Assembly: GCA_022710645.1 (NCBI GenBank)
Contig: JAKLGL010000002.1
Location: forward strand, 78,337-142,336
DNA length: 64,000 nucleotides
Direction of reading: 5' to 3'
DNA from: Patescibacteria group bacterium
GTDB taxonomy: Bacteria > Patescibacteriota > Patescibacteriia > Magasanikbacterales > GWA2-37-8
Part shown: positions 1-6,861 of the stretch, one piece after another
How the letters are laid out: every line of letters starts with the position of its first letter
Numbering within the stretch: the first letter of the stretch is position 1
Program-made: the position numbers and the translations under genes
Notes under the pieces: generated by a model
Database searches by the model: none
What the model was told of the DNA's origin: nothing
What the model saw: only the letters and a program-made list of their open reading frames with translations

Positions 1-3000
1 AAAATTGTTGCGCCAATTCCCTATAATTTTGCGGAGTGATTTCATAAGCTTTTTCTACAAACAATTTATCATCTCCTTCTTCTTCGCTTGTTCTGCCAAC
101 CACGCAAACCATTCTGCCTTCAACCCAAACATCTTTGGTAGTTTCATAAGTTTTTGGAAATACCAAAAGCTCCAATGTATCAGTCAGGTCAGCAATTGTC
201 ACAAACATCATAGTTTTTCCACTACGAGTAATTTTCTTTTTAGCCGATTCTATTATTCCTCCGACAATCACCCATTGATTCTTGCCTTGAGATGGCAAGT
301 CTTTAACCGGAACTAAACAGTCGCTCATTTTTTTTGCAAACGGTTCAAAAGGATGAGCTGTCACATACACCCCGAGTAATTCTTTTTCCCAATGCAAAAT
401 TTCATCTTTGGTGGCAACCGGAGCCGGATTTATTTTTACTTTATTGGTAAAACCGATAGAGCTTCCCGAAAATAAAGAATTTTGTTTGGTGTTGTTTTGT
501 TCGTGATTTTGTTTGATAAAGAGAAGAAAATTTTCAATATTTCCAAGCAACAATCCCCGGTCATAACCGAAAGCGTCCAAAGCTCCGCATTTGATGAGTG
601 CTTCAAGAGATTTTTTATTCAGATCTTTATCTTTGACTCGCTTGAAAAAATCTTCCAAATCTTTATATTTTCCACCTTCTTTTCTGGTGCGATAAATAAC
701 ATCTGCGATATGTTCACCCAAATTTTTAACTCCGCTCAAACCAAAACGAATATAAGGAGTCGTGCCGTCTTCCGGAGTTATCATGGCAAAATTTTTGAAA
801 CTTTGATTGATGTCCGGCGGTAAAACTTTGATACCAATCTTTTCACATTCATGAATAATTTCCGGCACTTTATCCATATCTCCGCTCTCCGCTATCAAAA
901 TCGCGGTCATATATTGAATCGGATAATTGGCTTTGAGATATGCAGTTTGATAAGCCACTACCGCATAAGAGGCAGCATGAGCTTTGTTGAAACCGTAAGC
1001 GGCAAACGGTTCGATTTTATGCCACAAATCGTCTACCAAAGCGGAATCCAATTTTCCAAATTCTTTACATCCTTTATAAAATTTTTCTTTTTGTTTTTCC
1101 ATTTCTTCGGGAATTTTTTTACCCATGGCTTTACGAAATTTATCCGCTTCTTCCCAGTTGTATCCGGCCAAATTTATAGCGGTCAACAAAACATCGTCCT
1201 GATAAACAATCAACCCCAACGACTGATCAAGATATGTTTCCATGCGCGGATCAAGATAAGTTATCAACTCCGGATTTTGTTTACGCGCAATATAATCCGG
1301 AATCACCGCCATCGGACCGGGACGGAAAAGCGCCACCATCGCCATGATATCAAAAATCGTTGTCGGTTTTAGTTCTTTGAGATAACGCGTCATTCCCGAA
1401 CCGGAAAGTTGAAATACACCGACAGTTTCACCGCGCGCCAACATCTCATAAGTTTTTTTATCATCCCAAGGAATATTGAAAACATCTATTTTTACTCCCG
1501 CGGTTTTTTCAATGATTTCTACGGCATGACCCAAAATAGATAGGTTACGAATACCCAAAAAATCCATTTTCAAAACTCCGGCCGCTTCTACAGTATGCAT
1601 TTCATATTGAGTCACGATACGTTCTCCCCCGGTTTCTCTTTGAATCGGCGTAAAATCTGTGAGTGGTGTCGGAGAAATAACCACACCCGCCGCGTGCATG
1701 GAAGTATGACGAGCACAGCCTTCTATTTTTTGCGCCAAATCAATCAATCTTTTTGCTTGCGCGTTTTTATCGTAAAGCTCTTTGAATTCCGGTTCCAATT
1801 CCAAAGCTTTGGCGATATTTATCTGAAAACCTTGAGCTCCGGCGGGAATAAGTTTTGATAATTGATCGCAAAAAGAATAAGAGTATCCTAACGCTCTACC
1901 CGCATCACGAATAGCTCCGCGCGCCATCATCGTACCGAAAGTTATAATCTGCGCCACTTTGTCCGCGCCGTATTTATCAGTAACATATTTGATCATATCA
2001 TCACGGCGGTCGTCGGCAAAGTCCGCATCAATATCCGGAGGACTCGGACGATAAGGATTCAAAAAACGTTCAAAAGGAAGTTTGAAATAAAGAGGGTTTA
2101 CCGTAGTGATACCCATAGCATAAGAAACTATGGAACCGGCGCCCGAACCTCTGGTTGTTTCCATAATTCCATTATTGCGCGCATAATTTACATAATCGGA
2201 CACAGCGATAAAATATGGAGAATAACCTTTTTTGGCGATAATCCCGAGTTCATAATCCACTCTTTCTCTCACAGCCGGAGAAATTTCTATCAATTTTGGC
2301 AATCTATCGTAAACTTCATCACGCAAATGTTCGTCAGCGGTTTTTCCTTCCGGTAATTCAATCGGCGGAAAATGCCATTTGTTTAATTCCAAAACCAAAT
2401 TTACTCTTTCCGCTATTTTGCCTGTATTTTCCAAAGCTTCCGGAATATGTTTGAAACGAGATGCGATATCTTTTTCATCGCAAAGAGAAAAATCCATCCC
2501 GACCATACTGTGACGTTCCGTATCTTCCAAAGTTTTTCCGTCTCTGATACAGGTCAAAATATCTTGAGCTTCCGCGTCCTCGGGATTCAAATAATGAACA
2601 TCGCGCGTGACGATAAGCGGAATCCCTGTTTCCTGGCTAATTTGTATCAATTGATTATTGATTTCCGTTTGACCTTCAAGCGCGGGAATATCCATCATTT
2701 CCAAAAAGAAATTTCCACGACCGAAAATCTCGTCATATTCAAGCGCGATTTTTTTGGCTTTTTCATAATTATTTTCTTTTTTCAAAGCCCAAGCGATTTC
2801 ACCGCGCATACAAGCGCTACCGCAAATAATACCTTCGTGATATTGACGTAATAATTCTCTGTCCATTCTCGGTTTATAATAAAAACCTTCGGTATGCGCC
2901 AGAGATGAAAGTTTCATCAAATTTTTATAACCAATATAATTTTCCGCCAACAAAAGAATATGAAAATACTTATCATGCGGATTTTTTTCCAAACGAGAAC

Positions 3001-3211
3001 CGCTGGCAATATAACCTTCCATCCCGATAATGGGTTTTATTTCTTCTTTGAGACATGCCTCATAAAATTCAATCGCTCCATACATATTGCCATGATCAGT
3101 CAAAGCCAACGCCGAAAAACCGCGTTTCTTCGCGGTCTTTACCAGTTCTTTGATTTTTGGCAATCCGTCCAAAAGCGAATAGTGGCTGTGGACGTGCAAG
3201 TGTGTAAACAC
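1..3211 (-). CDS. dnaE: DNA polymerase III alpha subunit, N-terminal part. The gene runs off the window start. GTG start at 3211.
   Basis: Minus-strand translation from 3211 reads VFTHLHVHSHYSLLDGLPKIKELVKTAKKRGFSALALTDHGNMYGAIEFYEA..., the PHP domain, followed by the polymerase core (GYNWEEADKFRKAMGKK, AAYGFNKAHAASYA). The ORF track lists only antisense junk ORFs here because this ORF has no end in the window. Confidence 0.85.
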   Translation of the reverse strand, partial: MFTHLHVHSHYSLLDGLPKIKELVKTAKKRGFSALALTDHGNMYGAIEFYEACLKEEIKPIIGMEGYIASGSRLEKNPHDKYFHILLLAENYIGYKNLMKLSSLAHTEGFYYKPRMDRELLRQYHEGIICGSACMRGEIAWALKKENNYEKAKKIALEYDEIFGRGNFFLEMMDIPALEGQTEINNQLIQISQETGIPLIVTRDVHYLNPEDAEAQDILTCIRDGKTLEDTERHSMVGMDFSLCDEKDIASRFKHIPEALENTGKIAERVNLVLELNKWHFPPIELPEGKTADEHLRDEVYDRLPKLIEISPAVRERVDYELGIIAKKGYSPYFIAVSDYVNYARNNGIMETTRGSGAGSIVSYAMGITTVNPLYFKLPFERFLNPYRPSPPDIDADFADDRRDDMIKYVTDKYGADKVAQIITFGTMMARGAIRDAGRALGYSYSFCDQLSKLIPAGAQGFQINIAKALELEPEFKELYDKNAQAKRLIDLAQKIEGCARHTSMHAAGVVISPTPLTDFTPIQRETGGERIVTQYEMHTVEAAGVLKMDFLGIRNLSILGHAVEIIEKTAGVKIDVFNIPWDDKKTYEMLARGETVGVFQLSGSGMTRYLKELKPTTIFDIMAMVALFRPGPMAVIPDYIARKQNPELITYLDPRMETYLDQSLGLIVYQDDVLLTAINLAGYNWEEADKFRKAMGKKIPEEMEKQKEKFYKGCKEFGKLDSALVDDLWHKIEPFAAYGFNKAHAASYAVVAYQTAYLKANYPIQYMTAILIAESGDMDKVPEIIHECEKIGIKVLPPDINQSFKNFAMITPEDGTTPYIRFGLSGVKNLGEHIADVIYRTRKEGGKYKDLEDFFKRVKDKDLNKKSLEALIKCGALDAFGYDRGLLLGNIENFLLFIKQNHEQNNTKQNSLFSGSSIGFTNKVKINPAPVATKDEILHWEKELLGVYVTAHPFEPFAKKMSDCLVPVKDLPSQGKNQWVIVGGIIESAKKKITRSGKTMMFVTIADLTDTLELLVFPKTYETTKDVWVEGRMVCVVGRTSEEEGDDKLFVEKAYEITPQNYRELAQQF

Positions 3212-3270
3212 AATTGAAAAGATTTAAGAGATTTAAAAGATTGCAAGATTTTTGAATAACAAGACTGTTT

Positions 3271-3344
3271 TGTCATTCCTGCGAAAGCAGGAATCCAGGA
3301 TTTTAAACGACTGCCGCTGGATCCCTGCTTTCGCAGGGATGACA
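3271..3344. repeat. Imperfect inverted repeat with 26-bp arms, each arm itself a small hairpin (cctgc-gaaa-gcagg). Arms are separated by 22 nt.
   Basis: tgtcattcctgcgaaagcaggaatcc ... ggatccctgctttcgcagggatgaca. Translated it gives the SFLRKQESRI / PAFAGMT junk peptide typical of a widespread palindromic repeat family. It sits in the dnaE upstream region. Confidence 0.6.
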
Positions 3345-3455
3345 GTTGAATTATATTGTAAAAAAATAAACCAAAAAGACCCTCCCTTTGGCTACTCCAT
3401 AATATCTCAAAAAACCGTCTTTGGCAACCTCCAAAAAATCTAGATTTTAAAATAA

Positions 3456-3486
3456 AAAAACCCGCACGTTATGCGCGGGGTATGAA
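3456..3486 (-). terminator. Rho-independent terminator downstream of paralog A.
   Basis: aaaaaaacccgcacgttatgcgcgggg is a GC stem with a T-run on the minus strand. It is near-identical to the terminator at 4805-4835. Confidence 0.5.
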
Positions 3487-3499
3487 AGAACAGCCGAAA

Positions 3500-4073
3500 T
3501 TAAAATGTTTCTTTACGAACAGCTAAAAACTTAGTTGCAGTAGATTCAGGCCAAGGATAATCAAATAGATAATTATCTAAATGATATCCAGATTTAGATA
3601 AATAATAACTAACAGGAACACAGGGGTGCTTATAACAATTAATAACGGACCCAAGAGCAACTACCATAAACTCCTTTTTTTTTGATTTCAGGATAAGTCC
3701 TGATAAAAACCTTGAATTCATGAAATGTTGCTGGACGAAGTCTGTTTTCTTCCATATGAGAAAGCACATCTTCTGTTGTAGGACGCCCTTCAAAAGGATT
3801 AAAAAGCTCTAAATCAAGATTAAATACACCATGTTCAATAACAGCAGGGAAATTACATTCTTTGTGAACAACATCAAAAACCACTTCTTCATTTTTTTCT
3901 TCATCATAATCAATAGAAATTGGATATTTTTTTGCAGAGATTAATTTATCTTCACAAAAATCTATCACTTTTTTCCTGTTTTTTGGATCAAATAAAGCAC
4001 GAGAATTTCTGTGTCCGAGTGCTTTCAAAAAAATCACCATCTCCTCAAAAAATCGTAACATTGTTTTCTCCAA
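3500..4073 (-). pseudogene. Paralog A of a three-member small-protein family. It is split into two overlapping frames (4073..3639 and 3793..3500) at an A9 homopolymer near 3664-3672. It may be a frameshifted pseudogene or a phase-variable gene.
   Basis: The N-terminus (FLKALGHRN..KKVIDFCEDKL) aligns with paralogs B and C (FIKAVGREN..KVKEFCKTL). Deleting one A from AAAAAAAAA fuses ...PEIKKK to EFMVVALGSV...AVRKETF. The upstream promoter and leader match copy C. Confidence 0.55.
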
Positions 4074-4078
4074 ATCTT

Positions 4079-4200
4079 TTCATTGTATTAATAATAAAAG
4101 GAACATATTTGTTGATTGCTTATCGTATAATATTTTAATGTTTTTGTCAACCCCGCTTAGCGGGGTTACAGTCACGCTCAGCGTGACAATATAATAATTG
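4079..4200 (-). promoter_or_regulatory. Duplicated upstream cassette (copy A). On the minus strand it reads hairpin gtcacgc-tga-gcgtgac, then hairpin ccccgc-tta-gcgggg, then -35 TTGACA, 17 nt, -10 TACGAT, then a conserved leader ending ATGGAGAAAACAATG.
   Basis: About 90% identical over roughly 115 nt to 6662-6775. The -35 is at 4145-4150 and the -10 at 4122-4127 (plus-strand coordinates). Confidence 0.5.
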
Positions 4201-4234
4201 ATCTAATTGATATTATCTTAACTTTTACAAGAAA

Positions 4235-4800
4235 TGAAAACCACCAGCTAACGCTGGTGGTTTCTTTCTTGCCGGCCGTTAGGCCGGCAGAGGCAACTTC
4301 GGTAGCTCTGGTCTGCGGGTTTGTTGATTATTGATATAGTTTTTAAGTTGGTATTCGTTAATACCGACGGTAGAGACAAAATAACCCCTTGACCAGAGCG
4401 AGCCCAACGGTAATTTATTGGGCGCCTTCTTTTTTAACCAATTACTACTTTTACCTTTGAATATTTGAACTACATAGGAAACGGAAAACTTAGGCGGAAT
4501 TATTATATAAAGATGAATATGTTCATCTCCGACATGCCAAGCTAACAATTTAATATCTTTCCATTTGGCTATCACCTTGAAAATTCTTTTTAATTCTTGT
4601 TTAATATACTTATCAACCAATACTTTACCGCGATATTTGGTAATCCAAACTAAGTGATATTGGCAAAGGTAAGTACAATGTTCCAGATTGTACAACCTAT
4701 ATGGTGCGGATGGAATAAAAATCACCTCCTTTCTGCTAAGCGGGGTGATTTTATTTTACCATGAGCTACGCTCCAAAAGGACACGCCGGCTAAAGCCGGC
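4235..4800 (-). mobile_element. IS200/IS605-family element carrying tnpA only. Boundaries are approximate.
   Basis: TnpA ORF flanked by subterminal hairpins: ccaccagc-taac-gctggtgg and gccggcc-gtta-ggccggc at 4243-4291, and cgccggc-taaa-gccggcg at 4775-4792. It is inserted between paralog cassettes A and B. Confidence 0.55.
4279..4725 (-). CDS. tnpA: IS200/IS605 family HUH/Y1 transposase TnpA (148 aa, GTG start).
   Basis: CQYHLVWITKYRGKVL ... DEHIHLYI (HuH) ... FKGKSSNWL ... LWSRGYFVSTVG (catalytic Tyr) ... NYINNQQ. This is a close pattern match to IS608-type TnpA. Confidence 0.8.
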   Translation of the reverse strand: MIFIPSAPYRLYNLEHCTYLCQYHLVWITKYRGKVLVDKYIKQELKRIFKVIAKWKDIKLLAWHVGDEHIHLYIIIPPKFSVSYVVQIFKGKSSNWLKKKAPNKLPLGSLWSRGYFVSTVGINEYQLKNYINNQQTRRPELPKLPLPA

Positions 4801-4804
4801 GGTT

Positions 4805-4835
4805 TTCGATTAATAAAAACCCGCACGTTGTGTGC
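4805..4835 (-). terminator. Rho-independent terminator downstream of paralog B.
   Basis: aaaaacccgcacgttgtgtgcggg has a 7-bp stem with a T-run on the minus strand. It is a near copy of the 3456-3486 terminator. Confidence 0.5.
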
Positions 4836-4853
4836 GGGATAACTTTGAGAATT

Positions 4854-5417
4854 TTAGGATTTGCGACGAAGGAGAAGAGCATTTTTTTTAAAAAAAAGAT
4901 CTCCATCCTTAAAATTATCACTTCCCCAACAATTTTCCTCCAGTAACTTAGATTCTTTGTCCCAAGTCAAATAATATTGATGGAAAGTATTTCCTATTCT
5001 TGGATTTAGATAATTGATGTTTTTTTCATCAACACCATCAACAAAAATCAAACAGTACTTCATAAAAATTTCTGGGAGACATTCTTTAAGCTCTAAAACA
5101 TAATCAATATCTTCAACCTCAACAACAGCGTTCAGTTCTTTTGCTCGTCTAATTACTTCATGGCCACTGATAGCATCCTCATCTTCTTTTAAAAAGGTTA
5201 TAATTTCATAAATCCGTCGACCAATTTTCATCTCTGTTGGTAATAAATTATGACCATTAGGTTTAATAGGGGCGAGAGTTTTACAAAAATCCTTCACTGC
5301 TCGACCGTTGTTTTTATCAACTAACCTTTCTGCATCTTCTTGTCCAAGATAATTAAGAAGATTGAGCAAATCTTTAACAGAAATTTTAACATGCAATCTT
5401 TCCATTTTAATCTCCAT
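4854..5417 (-). CDS. Paralog B of the small-protein family (187 aa). The likely true start is the second Met (MERLHVK...), using the GGAG inside ATGGAG as its SD.
   Basis: It shares FCKTL..LPTE.K.G.R.YE...FLK.DE..ISG and a C-terminal YY..W...LLLRRKS with paralogs A and C. It has its own consensus promoter. Confidence 0.6.
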   Translation of the reverse strand: MEIKMERLHVKISVKDLLNLLNYLGQEDAERLVDKNNGRAVKDFCKTLAPIKPNGHNLLPTEMKIGRRIYEIITFLKEDEDAISGHEVIRRAKELNAVVEVEDIDYVLELKECLPEIFMKYCLIFVDGVDEKNINYLNPRIGNTFHQYYLTWDKESKLLEENCWGSDNFKDGDLFFKKNALLLRRKS

Positions 5418-5458
5418 ACAAAGTTTAAAAATAAAAGGAACAATTTTACTAACTGCAT

Positions 5459-5487
5459 ATTATAGCACATTTTAGCACCCTTGTCAA
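5459..5487 (-). promoter_or_regulatory. Perfect sigma70 consensus promoter for paralog B. Minus strand: TTGACA-agggtgctaaaatgtgc-TATAAT, with the palindrome acccttgacaagggt overlapping the -35.
   Basis: Plus-strand tgtcaa at 5482-5487 and attata at 5459-5464, with a 17-nt spacer. The spacer is 14/17 identical to the promoter at 61503-61531. Confidence 0.5.
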
Positions 5488-5588
5488 GGGTATAATTTGG
5501 CTAATTTAAGACATTTTACAAAACAAAAACCCGCCATTTTCAGACGAATTTTTTATAATTTCGTAATTTTTCGTAAGTTCGTACGTAT

Positions 5589-5975
5589 TTATTTTTTCAT
5601 TTTCTTCGCCACTTTCTTAACCTTCTTCTGCGCAACCTCCATAGCTCTATCAACCGCATCTTTGGCGATGTCGCCAAAATCATCAACTTTATCATCCATA
5701 AAATTTCTAGCTTTTTTGGTAATGAAATTTTTTACCATTCCTCCGGCTGTTTCTTTGGCCATACCGAGCAAAGAAGAAATTCCTTCTATTTTATCTTGGA
5801 TAGAATTTATCGTATCTGTGATTCTCTGCAAACGAAGACGAAATTCTTCTACAATTGTATTTACATTTTTCAAAATCATCGCGGCGTAATAAAAAGTGTA
5901 ACAAAGAAACGCCGTTAACCAAATAATACAAAACGAAATGACGATATATAAAATATCTTTTGAATTTTCCAACAT
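5589..5975 (-). CDS. Small membrane-anchored coiled-coil protein (128 aa), possibly DUF948-like.
   Basis: N-terminal TM helix ILYIVISFCIIWLTAFLCYTFYYAAMIL followed by a charged helical tail. A strong RBS (aaggagg) precedes the ATG. Confidence 0.5.
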   Translation of the reverse strand: MLENSKDILYIVISFCIIWLTAFLCYTFYYAAMILKNVNTIVEEFRLRLQRITDTINSIQDKIEGISSLLGMAKETAGGMVKNFITKKARNFMDDKVDDFGDIAKDAVDRAMEVAQKKVKKVAKKMKK

Positions 5976-6069
5976 ATTTCCTCCTTATTAAATTTTAATT
6001 ATATTTGAATTATAACATTTTTTAGAAAAACGAGCAAATAGTCATAAATAAACTTACGAAAGTATATAA

Positions 6070-6122
6070 AAAAAGAAAACCCTGTATATCATTTGCTAAA
6101 AGCATTTGATACACAGGGGTAT
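6070..6122 (-). terminator. Rho-independent terminator for paralog C (12-bp stem).
   Basis: Minus strand: ccctgtgtatca ... tgatatacaggg followed by ttttctttttttat. Confidence 0.5.
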
Positions 6123-6182
6123 GAATTTGCGAAGTGCCCAAGGAATCAAGAAACGATTCCAAGAATCCAAGGACCCAAGCGA

Positions 6183-6662
6183 CTACTTGCGACGGAGAAT
6201 CAGACCAGCGTCACGCTGGTAGTAGTCGTTATGAGAGACCCAGCCTCCGATCCAACGGTCATCGTCCCAGTAGACATAGCAGACGTCACCGGAACCGTCG
6301 GGACGGTGCCAATTTGTAAAGACAAAGTAAACTTTGCCTCTAAAATTTTCCGGAATATTCTGCTGGTGATCCAGCAAATATTGCCCGTCGTCCTCTCCGA
6401 GATGTGCCAACATCTCTTTTGCCTGCCTGACCATACCGTTCCCAGAAATTATTTCCTCGTCCCCTTTGAGGAATCCGAGAAGTTCGTAGGTACGATCACC
6501 TACTTTTATTTCAGTCGGCAGGTCTGAAGGAGAAATAAGAGTTTTGCAAAACTCTTTTACTTTTTCTATATTACTTTCCTTAAGTAATATAGTGAAATTT
6601 TCTCTCCCGACGGCTTTGATAAAATTACTGATTTTTTTTAAGAAATTCATTTCAATCTCCAT
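6183..6662 (-). CDS. Paralog C of the small-protein family (159 aa). The C-terminal variable half is GC-rich.
   Basis: MEIEMNFLKKISNFIKAVGREN..KVKEFCKTLISPSDLPTEIKVGDRTYELLGFLKGDEEIISG ... YVYWDDDRWIGGW...LILRRK. Its promoter cassette is the same as paralog A's. Confidence 0.6.
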   Translation of the reverse strand: MEIEMNFLKKISNFIKAVGRENFTILLKESNIEKVKEFCKTLISPSDLPTEIKVGDRTYELLGFLKGDEEIISGNGMVRQAKEMLAHLGEDDGQYLLDHQQNIPENFRGKVYFVFTNWHRPDGSGDVCYVYWDDDRWIGGWVSHNDYYQRDAGLILRRK

Positions 6663-6775
6663 TACAAATTTATAATAATAAAAGGAACTATTTTATTGAT
6701 TGCTTATCGTATAATATTTTAACTTTTTTGTCAACCCCGCTTAGCGGGGTTGTAGTCACGCTCAGCGTGACAAAA
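6662..6775 (-). promoter_or_regulatory. Duplicated upstream cassette (copy C): two GC hairpins, then TTGACA-17-TACGAT, then the conserved leader.
   Basis: tgtcaa at 6729-6734, ccccgcttagcgggg at 6735-6749, gtcacgctcagcgtgac at 6755-6771, and the -10 atcgta at 6706-6711. Confidence 0.5.
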
Positions 6776-6861
6776 CTCCATTTAATTCAGCTAATTTAGC
6801 GATTCCGCAAAACAAAAAACCGCCCTTGCGAGCGATTTTTAATATCCAGTATCCAATATTT

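Noticed and set aside
5-3217. Seven plus-strand track ORFs (5..316, 482..823, 851..1372, 1595..1858, 2447..2851, 2960..3217 and others).
   Set aside because: All are antisense to the long minus-strand dnaE reading frame, whose translation is clear PHP/polymerase sequence. The track simply lacks dnaE because it has no end inside the window.
6093-6527. Plus-strand ORFs 6093..6527 and 6134..6319 in the GC-rich patch.
   Set aside because: They are antisense to paralog C, which has the conserved family N-terminus, a promoter cassette and a terminator. The plus ORFs have Arg/Ser/Pro-rich junk composition typical of reverse frames in GC-rich DNA.
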